A stretch of DNA of 64,000 nucleotides, taken from Candidatus Spongiisociaceae bacterium (GTDB taxonomy: Bacteria > Actinomycetota > Acidimicrobiia > Spongiisociales > Spongiisociaceae). The position numbers and the translations under genes were made by a program. Location of the stretch: contig OZ253564.1 of NCBI GenBank assembly GCA_965262915.1, positions 2,624,001 to 2,688,000 of the forward strand. Reading direction: 5' to 3'. Positions 30,746-39,600 of the stretch are shown piece by piece; position 1 is the stretch's first letter; every line of letters starts with the position of its first letter. The notes beneath the pieces were generated by a model that saw only the letters and a program-made list of their open reading frames with translations, made no database searches and was not told the origin of the DNA.

Positions 30746-30902
30746 GAAGGCTAATCGGTGCTGGGGGAATCGTTGAACGATCACCGGAGTCCGGAGGCGC
30801 TGGGAGGGTGGTGTGAGATCCCCTCACGGCCTGTCGACCGATGACGTAAGGCCTGTTAAGAGGAAGGCGGGCCATTGCTCCCCATCGTCTTGCAGCACCC
30901 TC

Positions 30903-31838
30903 CTACGAACCGATGAGGGGCAGTAGCTCGATCACTGCTCGCGCACTTCCCCGATCCCATGACACCGTCACATGGGTTCCCGGCGGCGCCTCGCGGCGGA
31001 TCAGGGCCAGGGCTACCGGCGCCCGCACCGCCAGGCTCTCCCCCACCGATGTGAGGGTTCCCACCACCTTGCCGGCGTGGGTCACCTGCGCCCCCACCGG
31101 AGGGATGACCGCATCGAGAAGTCTCACCCCTCTCAGGTTCCTGTTCACCCGTCCGCGGCTGTCGATGCGCGCCACCAGTTCCTGGCCGAGGAAGCAGCCC
31201 TTGGTGAGCGAGACCGCCTCGGGAACCAGTCCGGACTCCTGGGGGATGGTCTTGTGGTCCACGTCTATCCCGATGCGGGGTTCACCCGTTTCGATCCGGA
31301 GCGTCGTGTCCACCTGCCGTCCGACGGGCCGCAGGCCTCGCTTCCCGAGATCGGTCGAGTCCAGCCCGGCCACCAGGCGGTGCCTGATCGGTGCGTTCCG
31401 GACCTCCGCCACCAGGATCCCGTCCTCCTCCCGCCAACCGCCCCTAACCTCCAGGGAGGCGGGTGCGGGGCCCCAGACCTCGAAGACCTCCCTCGGGTCG
31501 GGCGCCAGCTCCACATCGACCCGCAGGCGCCAGCGTGACAGGTACCGGATTGTCTCCTCCTGACGGGAGGTTTCGCAGACGAGCCCCACCCGGTCCTCGC
31601 CGCGCAGCATCCACAGCAGCGCCTCCAGCTTCCCCCGCGGCTGCAGCAGCAAGGACCGGGCGATCTCCCCCGGAGCGAGGGCTTCCACGTCCTGGCTCAG
31701 CACCCCCTGCAGGAACGTGACGGTGTCAGGACCAACCGCCCAGAACAGGCTGCTGATCCCCCCGACGAACCCGGCGCCGTCATGGGCGGCGGCGTACTCC
31801 CCGGTCACGTCGCCGAACGAGTCGGGCCACCGGTTCAC
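30903..31838 (-). CDS. ygfZ: folate-binding YgfZ/GcvT-family protein
   Basis: FLQGVLSQDV and the KGCFLGQE signature. Confidence 0.88.
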   Translation of the reverse strand: MNRWPDSFGDVTGEYAAAHDGAGFVGGISSLFWAVGPDTVTFLQGVLSQDVEALAPGEIARSLLLQPRGKLEALLWMLRGEDRVGLVCETSRQEETIRYLSRWRLRVDVELAPDPREVFEVWGPAPASLEVRGGWREEDGILVAEVRNAPIRHRLVAGLDSTDLGKRGLRPVGRQVDTTLRIETGEPRIGIDVDHKTIPQESGLVPEAVSLTKGCFLGQELVARIDSRGRVNRNLRGVRLLDAVIPPVGAQVTHAGKVVGTLTSVGESLAVRAPVALALIRREAPPGTHVTVSWDRGSARAVIELLPLIGS

Positions 31839-33313
31839 ACCATCTCCGCGCCGACGATGGCGGCCAGAGCCGCGGCCGCCTTGGCCTCGGTCTCCCGGTA
31901 CTCGGTCGTGGGGTCGGAATCGGTCACCAGGCCCGCCCCGGCCTGGACCCAGGCGGTTCCGTCGGCGATCACCACCGTCCGCAGGCAGATGGCGGTGTCG
32001 ACGTTGCCGCTGAAGTCCAGGTAGCCGGCCGCCCCCGCGTAGGGGCCTCGCGCCACCGGCTCCAGCTCGTCGATGATCTCCATGGCCCGCACCTTCGGGG
32101 CGCCCGACACGGTGCCGTGCGGGAACACCGCCCGCACCACATCGACCGGACCGTACCCCTCCCTCAGCTGTCCCGATACGCCCGAGACGATGTGCATCAC
32201 GTGCGAGTAACGCTCCACCACCATCAGGTCGTCCACCTTAACCGAGCCGAAGTCGCACACCCTGCCCAGGTCGTTGCGGGCCAGGTCGATGAGCATCACG
32301 TGCTCGGCCCGCTCCTTGGGGTCGGCCAGCATCTCCTTCTCCAGAGCCAGATCCTCCTCCTCCGTGGCGCCACGGGGCCGGGTCCCCGCTATAGGGCGGG
32401 AATAGACCGTCCCATCCCGCACCCGTGTCATGAGTTCCGGCGACGAACCCGCCACGGTCACTTCGGGATGGTGCAGGTAGAAGAGGAAGGGGGACGGGTT
32501 CACGAGGCGCAGGGCTCGGTACAGGCCGAACGGATCGGTCTCGAACGGGGTCGCCAGGCGCTGGCTCAACACCACCTGGTAGGCGTCACCGGCCCGTATG
32601 TAGTCCTTTACCTTCCGCACCGATTCCTCGAAGACCTCCCGGGTCATGGTCGAGGTGACCGGCGGGCGGGCGGTGCGGTTGAAGTGGAAGGGTCCGGCCG
32701 GTTCGTACCGCAGGGCCATGCCCAGGCGGTCGGCGGCGGCACGGAGCCGGCTCACCGCATCCCGGTAGGCGGAGTCGAGATCCTCCTCGAGATCCGTGAA
32801 CACGTTCCGGACCAGTGTGAGCGTCTGGCCGAAGCGGTCGAGCGCCGCCAGGCTCCCCACGAACTGCCACATCATTTCGGGGAGACCCCGGTCGTCGGCC
32901 GGCCGGTCGGGAAGGTGCTCGACGTAGCGGACCGTGTCGTAGGAGAGGTAACCCACCGCCCCCGAGTGCAAGGGCGGCAGCCCCTCGATCGGTCCGGTGG
33001 CGTAGCGTTCCAGCAGTCGCTCCATCACCGTGAGCGGATCCCCCTCGGGCAGTTCCAGCCGCGGATCGTCGACCCGGGTCACCCCGTCGTAGCTGGTGAC
33101 CGTGAACACCGGGTCCCAGCCCAGGAACGACCACTGCGCCCATCGCTCGCCCCCCTCCAGGGACTCGAGCAGGAAACCGGGTGCGTCGCCGACCAGCTTG
33201 CCGTAAGCGCTCACCGGCGTCTCCCGATCAGCCAGAACCGTCATGGTCACCGGCACCACCGGGAACGACCCTGCCAACCGGCGGAACTCCTCGGGTCCGG
33301 GTACTACCTCCAT
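31835..33313 (-). CDS. trpE: anthranilate synthase component I
   Basis: ETPVSAY, FLLES, NPSPF, PIAGTRPRG, KERAEHVMLIDLARND, GTVSGAPK. Confidence 0.95.
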   Translation of the reverse strand: MEVVPGPEEFRRLAGSFPVVPVTMTVLADRETPVSAYGKLVGDAPGFLLESLEGGERWAQWSFLGWDPVFTVTSYDGVTRVDDPRLELPEGDPLTVMERLLERYATGPIEGLPPLHSGAVGYLSYDTVRYVEHLPDRPADDRGLPEMMWQFVGSLAALDRFGQTLTLVRNVFTDLEEDLDSAYRDAVSRLRAAADRLGMALRYEPAGPFHFNRTARPPVTSTMTREVFEESVRKVKDYIRAGDAYQVVLSQRLATPFETDPFGLYRALRLVNPSPFLFYLHHPEVTVAGSSPELMTRVRDGTVYSRPIAGTRPRGATEEEDLALEKEMLADPKERAEHVMLIDLARNDLGRVCDFGSVKVDDLMVVERYSHVMHIVSGVSGQLREGYGPVDVVRAVFPHGTVSGAPKVRAMEIIDELEPVARGPYAGAAGYLDFSGNVDTAICLRTVVIADGTAWVQAGAGLVTDSDPTTEYRETEAKAAAALAAIVGAEMV

Positions 33314-33410
33314 GGATCCCACGTTACCGACCACCCGAGCCGATCCCGAACCGGACGGTTCTCCGGCGAGTGTCACTCCGCGCCTGTCGCTACGGCCCGT
33401 TGCTGCGTCC

Positions 33411-33845
33411 CTATTCGTGCCGATCCAACCAGGTTTGCAGGGTCTGGGTGGTCCAGGTGGGAACGCCGGCGCCCAGGAAGTCGTTGTCGTTGGTCCATAC
33501 CCCGGCGTCGAGGGCGAGGGCGCAGGCTACGGCGGGCCAGTCGGACGGGTCGCGTTGCGATCGGGCCAGAGCCTCGTCCTCGAACGGGGAGTACACATCG
33601 GCAACGACGATGGCCAGGTTGTTGTCCACGGCGTCGAGGCACACGACGACCAGGGCGTCTCGTTCGGCCGTGCTAAGCCCGACAGAGGTGGCGAATGCGC
33701 CGATGCGGCGGGGTAGTTCCACGTGCACCTCGGCAAGGGTGTGCTCGGGCAGGAACAGGTCCAACCGGTGGTCACTCAGCCGTTGCCTTCCCTTTGCCCG
33801 CAGCAGGTCACCTACCAGCACGCTCGCGTCGACCACCAGCAGCAT
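33411..33845 (-). CDS. PIN-domain toxin
   Basis: LVVDASVL, RDPSDWP.VACAL, VWTNDNDF. Confidence 0.85.
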   Translation of the reverse strand: MLLVVDASVLVGDLLRAKGRQRLSDHRLDLFLPEHTLAEVHVELPRRIGAFATSVGLSTAERDALVVVCLDAVDNNLAIVVADVYSPFEDEALARSQRDPSDWPAVACALALDAGVWTNDNDFLGAGVPTWTTQTLQTWLDRHE

Positions 33846-34099
33846 CAGCCTTTCCGGCCCTCGGGTGCCAGAGCTTCAACGAGGTCCTCCTCGCCCAGAC
33901 CGGTCCGCTCCAGGATCTTTCCGACGACCTCGCCGACCCGTTCGAGCGATTCGAGAACCTCCGCCCGGTCCCGCTCGGGTGTCGGAACCGGCACGAAGAA
34001 ACCTACCGGTTTGCCGTTCCGCTCGATCCGGATGGTCTCCCCCAGCTTCATCAGAGTGGTTGCCTGATCCCTGAATTGCCTGATCCCGACTGCTTGCAT
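33845..34099 (-). CDS. Phd/YefM-like antitoxin
   Basis: VGIRQFRDQAT...IRIERNGKPVG; AGGAGG RBS; 1-nt overlap with the PIN gene. Confidence 0.82.
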   Translation of the reverse strand: MQAVGIRQFRDQATTLMKLGETIRIERNGKPVGFFVPVPTPERDRAEVLESLERVGEVVGKILERTGLGEEDLVEALAPEGRKG

Positions 34100-34113
34100 G
34101 AACAAGACCTCCT

Positions 34114-34139
34114 ATTGTGGCCACCACTGTAGCCACAAT
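34114..34139. promoter_or_regulatory. palindromic operator overlapping the -10 of the Phd-PIN operon
   Basis: ATTGTGGC-N10-GCCACAAT enclosing TACAGT on the minus strand. Confidence 0.65.
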
Positions 34140-34194
34140 TTGATCCAAGTCGTGGGAGTGTCCGCCAAGCGGGTCAACCTCACCAACGACCACA

Positions 34195-34307
34195 CCCACA
34201 TCGATGCCCGGCTTCGTATAGATGTGATGGCTGCCCCGCACCCGTACGAGCCGCCAGCCGTGAATTTCGAGCAGCCGGCAGAGCCTCTTGCCGCTGACCG
34301 CCTTCAT
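34195..34307 (-). pseudogene. hicA: HicA toxin, C-terminally truncated
   Basis: MKAVSGKRLCRLLEIHGWRLVRVRGSHHIYTKPG, then similarity is lost (no VPxH/helix). Confidence 0.75.
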
Positions 34308-34507
34308 ACGGCGATTTCGATGACCCTGCCTTTGTCGGAAACCGAAGCCGTGCTCACGTCGACCGAGAGGCAACCTTCGACCGCTTCGTACAAGTTGGTC
34401 AGCAACTCTTCGAATAAGTCTCCCTGCGTGGCGCATCCGAGTATGGTCGGTACCTCTGCCCAGAAGCCACCCTCTTCTGCTTCATGGACGACAACCGACA
34501 GCTTCAT
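34304..34507 (-). CDS. hicB: short HicB-family antitoxin
   Basis: VHEAEEGGFWAEVP..GCATQG...NLYEAVEGCL; AGGAGG RBS. Confidence 0.88.
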   Translation of the reverse strand: MKLSVVVHEAEEGGFWAEVPTILGCATQGDLFEELLTNLYEAVEGCLSVDVSTASVSDKGRVIEIAV

Positions 34508-34577
34508 CCGGACCTCCTATCCGACTCGTTCACTCGGCTGGTTCGAGCGGAGACCGGAGAAGTCTACTGCCGGGCCC

Positions 34578-37500
34578 CTACCGGAAGTTGCGGCTTTGCA
34601 GTCGGTCGGTTCGGAGGGGGACGAAGCCTCTGGCCACCAGGTTGGTCACGCCGTAGCGGTATTCGAGGGTGCCTCGGATGATCAGGCCGGGGTTGCGGCG
34701 GGCGACTTTGCGGTGCTCGTTCCAGATCTCCGGCAGCACGACCACGTTGAGCAGCCCGGTCTCGTCCTCGAGGTTGAAGAAGACGATCCCCCTGGAGGTG
34801 GCGGGGCGCTGGCGGTGGGTGACGACGCCCCCCACCTGGACGCGAGCCCCGTTGCGGCGCATCTCGAGCGCTTCGGCGATCGGGAGGCATCCGAGCGCGG
34901 CCAGCCGGCGGCGGGCGAAGTGGATGGGATGGCGTACCGACACCCCCGTCGCCCACAGCGACGCCTGATGGGCCTCCCGGTCGTCCATCGGCGCCAGCGA
35001 GGGCGGATCCAGTCCGGGTACGAGCGGCAGCCGTTCGGGGCCGGCGCCGGCCAGGGCGCCGGCCATCCACATAACCTGGCGGGGGGTGACCCCGAGGGAT
35101 CCGAAGGCGCCGGCGGCGGCCAGACCCTCCAGGGTGTCCACCGGCAGCCCGGTGCGGTGGGCGAATTCGGCGGGATCGGTGAACGCTCCCCCGATCTGGC
35201 GGGCTGCCAGGACCCGTCTCGCCTCGGCCTCCCCCAGGTTGCGGACGTATCCCATCCCGAGCCGGGCCGCCACCGATCTCCGAGGGGGGTCCCCGACCGG
35301 TCCCCTCCCGCGCCGCCACCGCATACCGCAGTGCTCCACGATGTCGTCCTCGTCGCTCGGGTGCGGTTCGATGGTGCACTCCTCGATGGAGCGGTTCACG
35401 TCCGGGTCGAGCACCACCACCCCGTGGCGGAGAGCATCCTGCACCAGGGTGTTCGGGGAGTAGAAGCCCATCGGCTGGGCGTTTAGCAGGCCGACGAGGA
35501 ACTCGGCCGGGTAGTGGTAGCGCAGCCAGGCCGACATGTAGACGATGTAGGCGAACGACACCGAATGGCTCTCGGGGAAGCCGAACGAGGCGAAACCCTG
35601 CAGCTTCTCCCAGATCTCCACGGCGGCGGCGCCGGTCACTCCCTTGGATCGCATCCCCTCGAACACTTCCTCTTTGAGTTGCACCATCGCCTTGTCCGAC
35701 CGCTTGTGGGTCATGGCAGAGCGGAGCCGGTCCGACTGCCCCCCGTCGAAACCGGCGCACACGCGGGCCAGCTCCATGAGCTGTTCCTGGAAGACCGGCA
35801 CCCCCAGGGTGCGCGCCAGGACCGGTTCGGCCAGCGGATGGGGGTAGCGGACCCGCTCCTCCCCGTTGCGCCGGCGCAGGTAGGGATGGACCGAGGCGCC
35901 CTGGATGGGGCCGGGTCGGATGAGCGCCACCTCCACGGCGAGGTCGTAGAAGGTTTCGGGTTTGAGGCGCGGCAGGGTGGCCATCTGCGCCCTGGATTCG
36001 ACCTGGAAGAGCCCCACGGTGTCGGCCTTGGTCAGCATCTCGTACACGGCCGGTTCCTGGGGTACGGTGGCCAGGTCGATACTCCTGCCGTGGACCTCCT
36101 CGATGGTGTCCACCGTGAGGTGGAGGGCAGCCAGCATGCCGAGACCCAGCAGGTCGAACTTGACGATGCCCATGGCGGCGCAGTCGTCCTTGTCCCATTG
36201 CAGCACCGTGCGGCCCTCCATGCGGCCCCATTCGATGGGTACCACCTGCCACAGCGGGCGGTCGGCGATCACCATGCCTCCCGAGTGGATGCCCAGATGG
36301 CGGGGGAACCCGTCGAGGCGGCGGCAGATGTCGTAGACCAACTCGGTGGTCAGCCCGGCCGGGAGCGGGTCTTCGAGGCACAACTCGGCCGGGGCATGGG
36401 TGTCCACGTACCGGGTCATGCCGTCGGCCTGCGCCTGGGTGAAGCCGAAGGCCTTGGCCACGTCCTTGAGCACCGAGCGGGCCCGGTAGGTGATCACGTT
36501 GGCCACCATGGCCGCCCGCTCCCGGCCGTACCGGCGGTAGCAGTACTGGATGACCTCCTCGCGCCGCTCCGCCTCGAGGTCCAGGTCGATGTCGGGCGGG
36601 CGGCCGCGCTCCTCGGAGAGGAACCGCTCGAATGGCAGACCGAGGCGGATGGGGTCGACCCGGGTGAGGCCGAGGCAGCGGCACACCGCCGAGTCGGCGC
36701 CCGAACCCCGGATCTGGCACATGATGTCCTGGTCGCGGGCGAAGTTCACGATATCCCACACCACGAGGAAGTAACCGGGAAAGCCCAACCGCTGTATCAC
36801 ATCGAGTTCGTGGGCCAGCCGGGCGGTCGCCCGCTCATCGATCCCTCCTCCCCCGCCCCGGTACACCTTCCGGGCACCCTCGAAGGTGAGGTGGCGCAGG
36901 TAGTCCATCTCGTTGCGGAAGCGGTCGGGCATCGGGAAGTCGGGCAGCCGGGGTGCCACCAGCCGCAGGTCGAAGGCCATCTCCCTGCCCAGGGAGGCGG
37001 CCCGCTCCACCGCCCCCGGATACCTGCGGAACCGGGCCGCCATCTCCCCCGGTGACTTCAGGTAGCGCTCGTCGGTGGCGGGCCGGAACCCGTCGTGCTC
37101 GGTGAGAGAACGGCGCCCCCCCACCGCCGCCAGTACCTCGGACAGGTCGGCGTCCCGGCGGTCGGCGTAGTGGACGTTGTTGGTGGCCACCACGGGCAGG
37201 CCCAGCCGGTCCGCTACCTCCCACAGCAGGTCGTTGCGGTGGTCGTCCTCCGGCATCCGGTAGTCCCAGAGCTCGATGTGGAGACGCCGCCCGAAGATCT
37301 CCCGCAGGCGGGACGCCGCCCGGAGGGCCTCCACCTCGTCGCCCTGCTGGGCCGCGTGCGGGACCGCCCCCCGCCCGCACCCGCTGAGAGCCACCAGCTC
37401 GCCCCGGGTGGCTGCCTCCGCCAGGTTCTCCCACCGGTAGAGGGGGCGGCCCTTCTCCCCGCGCAGCTGGGCCCGGGAGACCAGGCGGCTCAGCTGGGCG

Positions 37501-37922
37501 TACCCCTCCGGGGAGGGCGCCAGCACCACCAGGTGCTCGAATTCACCATGATCGGCCGACGGCTTGGTCCGGTGACTGCGACGGGTTCTTCGACCCTTAC
37601 TCCGGGTAGGGTCATCCGACGATGCCCGGGCCGTTGGCGCGGCATCGCGCTGAGCCGCCTCCTCGAAGGGCGACGTGATCCCTTCATCGGGCGAGCTCGC
37701 GGGATGGAGCGAGAGTTCCACCCCGTACACGGACGGCAACCCGGTCTCCCTCGCCGCCTGCCAGAACCGCACCAACCCGTAGAAACCGTCATGGTCGGTG
37801 ATCGCCAGAGCCTCGTACCCGAGCTTCGCGGCCCGCTCCACCAGCCGCTCGGGATGCGAGGCCCCATCGAGGAACGAGAAGTTGGAATGGGCGTGCAGTT
37901 CGGCGTAGCGGGGGCCCCTCAT
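34578..37922 (-). CDS. dnaE2: error-prone DNA polymerase DnaE2 (ImuC)
   Basis: YAELHAHSNFSFLDGAS, RGSGA, PPDIDLD, KFDLLGLGML, QPMGFY, C-terminal SRNFR. Confidence 0.97.
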   Translation of the reverse strand: MRGPRYAELHAHSNFSFLDGASHPERLVERAAKLGYEALAITDHDGFYGLVRFWQAARETGLPSVYGVELSLHPASSPDEGITSPFEEAAQRDAAPTARASSDDPTRSKGRRTRRSHRTKPSADHGEFEHLVVLAPSPEGYAQLSRLVSRAQLRGEKGRPLYRWENLAEAATRGELVALSGCGRGAVPHAAQQGDEVEALRAASRLREIFGRRLHIELWDYRMPEDDHRNDLLWEVADRLGLPVVATNNVHYADRRDADLSEVLAAVGGRRSLTEHDGFRPATDERYLKSPGEMAARFRRYPGAVERAASLGREMAFDLRLVAPRLPDFPMPDRFRNEMDYLRHLTFEGARKVYRGGGGGIDERATARLAHELDVIQRLGFPGYFLVVWDIVNFARDQDIMCQIRGSGADSAVCRCLGLTRVDPIRLGLPFERFLSEERGRPPDIDLDLEAERREEVIQYCYRRYGRERAAMVANVITYRARSVLKDVAKAFGFTQAQADGMTRYVDTHAPAELCLEDPLPAGLTTELVYDICRRLDGFPRHLGIHSGGMVIADRPLWQVVPIEWGRMEGRTVLQWDKDDCAAMGIVKFDLLGLGMLAALHLTVDTIEEVHGRSIDLATVPQEPAVYEMLTKADTVGLFQVESRAQMATLPRLKPETFYDLAVEVALIRPGPIQGASVHPYLRRRNGEERVRYPHPLAEPVLARTLGVPVFQEQLMELARVCAGFDGGQSDRLRSAMTHKRSDKAMVQLKEEVFEGMRSKGVTGAAAVEIWEKLQGFASFGFPESHSVSFAYIVYMSAWLRYHYPAEFLVGLLNAQPMGFYSPNTLVQDALRHGVVVLDPDVNRSIEECTIEPHPSDEDDIVEHCGMRWRRGRGPVGDPPRRSVAARLGMGYVRNLGEAEARRVLAARQIGGAFTDPAEFAHRTGLPVDTLEGLAAAGAFGSLGVTPRQVMWMAGALAGAGPERLPLVPGLDPPSLAPMDDREAHQASLWATGVSVRHPIHFARRRLAALGCLPIAEALEMRRNGARVQVGGVVTHRQRPATSRGIVFFNLEDETGLLNVVVLPEIWNEHRKVARRNPGLIIRGTLEYRYGVTNLVARGFVPLRTDRLQSRNFR

Positions 37923-37944
37923 TCCCCCAGGCTAGCCAAGTGAG

Positions 37945-37958
37945 CGAACGCATGTTCG
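37945..37958. promoter_or_regulatory. LexA (SOS) box upstream of dnaE2
   Basis: CGAAC-GCAT-GTTCG, next to -10 TAGCCT (37929-37934, minus strand). Confidence 0.9.
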
Positions 37959-38094
37959 CTCCAGCCGGACTTCCATAACGAGAGGGGTGCAAAAATATCC
38001 ATACCTGTAACCCTCGCCTTAGGGTGATTATTTGGGTTAATTCCGCTATAAGCCTCGTCAGCTATATGTTACTATGGAAGTAAGCCTCAAATAG

Positions 38095-39543
38095 GTGGAG
38101 GAGCTGAAGCCTGTGTGGGAACCGAAACCGGAAGATCTGGTCAGGGTCATCCTCGAGCAGAACCCTTGGCATATGCTGGGCCGCGTACCATCGTCACTGG
38201 CTCCCCCGACAGAACGACCACTGGCATCCGCTTTGTGGCAGAGGCTCGTGAGAGACCAGCCGAGACGCTACCAGTTGATATTGGGGCCGCGCCGCGTTGG
38301 CAAGACTACGGTTCTCTACCAGACGGTGCGTCACCTCCTCAGCAAGGGAATCGACCCACGGCACATAGGGTGGCTCCGGATGGACCACCCGTTGTTGATG
38401 CAGTTCGACCTCGGCTCGCTGGTTCGAAAAGCGATGGATGTCCTGGATGCAGACCACGCGTCGCCGCTGTACCTGATGCTCGACGAGTTGGTATACGCGA
38501 GCGACTGGGATCTGTGGCTGAAGACGTTCTACGACGAAGGATGGCCGGTGCGGATCGCCGCTACTTCCAGTGCTACCGCCGCGTTGCGCGAACGCCGATT
38601 GGAGAGCGGTGTGGGCAGATGGTCCGAACAGCACCTCACCCCCTACCAGTTCCGCGAATACCTCGACCTGGTCGACCACCCTTACGAGATGCACGCCTGC
38701 CGGACGCTGGCCGAGACACTCCGATCCCTACCCCAGGGCCGGTACGCCGATGCCGACCTGGTTGCGGCACGCCGCAGGTTCATGCTGGTGGGGGGATTCC
38801 CCGAGCTGCTCGCCGCCGACCGTGGTAGGGAACGTCCCGATGAGGACCTCGTCCTCGAATCCCAACAGATCCTGCGTAGCGACGCCGTAGAACGCTCCAT
38901 CTACAAGGACATTCCCCAATCGTTCGGGGTCGGCAACCCGATCCTGCTGGAACGGTTGCTGTACGTACTCGCAGGACAGACCGCCGGGATCCTCTCTCCC
39001 TCCAAGATCAGCCGCGAGCTGGCCATGTCGCAGCCCACCTTCGACCGGTACCTCTCCTACCTGGAACGCACGTTCCTGGTGTTCACCCTCCCCAACTACT
39101 CGGGCCGAGAGGCCACCATCCAGAAGAGGGGACGCAAGCTGTACTTCTTCGACGGCGCAGTCCGTAACGCTGCTCTCCAGCGCGGTCTGGCCCTGCTCGA
39201 CAACCCCACCGAACTCGGTCTCCTGATCGAGAACCTCGTCGCCGCATCACTACAAGGACACGCCCTACGTTCGGGAATCCGTCTCCACCATTGGCGAGAC
39301 GGCAACAACGAGGTCGATCTGATCTACGCTCACCCGACGCAACCCCTCGCGTTCGAGATCGCATCCTCTCCCAACCACAGCCGCTCGGGGCTCCGTCAGC
39401 TCATCCGAAGACACCACCGATTCCGGGGAGGCTGCTACCTGGTCGCACCCCAAGCACCCATCATCCACCCGGACGCCACAGGAATCGGCACCCTACCCCT
39501 GGACATCCTCCTGCTCGCCGTAGGCACCCAGACCGACCCGTAA
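38095..39543 (+). CDS. AAA_14 ATPase with DUF4143-type C-terminal nuclease-like domain
   Basis: GPRRVGKTT, LDEL, GGFPE, KLYFFD, ENLVA, EVDLI...FEI. Confidence 0.88.
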   Translation: MEELKPVWEPKPEDLVRVILEQNPWHMLGRVPSSLAPPTERPLASALWQRLVRDQPRRYQLILGPRRVGKTTVLYQTVRHLLSKGIDPRHIGWLRMDHPLLMQFDLGSLVRKAMDVLDADHASPLYLMLDELVYASDWDLWLKTFYDEGWPVRIAATSSATAALRERRLESGVGRWSEQHLTPYQFREYLDLVDHPYEMHACRTLAETLRSLPQGRYADADLVAARRRFMLVGGFPELLAADRGRERPDEDLVLESQQILRSDAVERSIYKDIPQSFGVGNPILLERLLYVLAGQTAGILSPSKISRELAMSQPTFDRYLSYLERTFLVFTLPNYSGREATIQKRGRKLYFFDGAVRNAALQRGLALLDNPTELGLLIENLVAASLQGHALRSGIRLHHWRDGNNEVDLIYAHPTQPLAFEIASSPNHSRSGLRQLIRRHHRFRGGCYLVAPQAPIIHPDATGIGTLPLDILLLAVGTQTDP

Positions 39544-39566
39544 CGTGGTTGGTGGTGCGCGGTTCA

Positions 39567-39599
39567 CTGGCACCTGGCACCTGGCACCTGGCACCTGGC
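39567..39599. repeat. heptamer tandem array (CTGGCAC)4+
   Basis: Directly visible between the convergent ATPase and imuB stop codons. Confidence 0.9.
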
Positions 39600-39600
39600 C

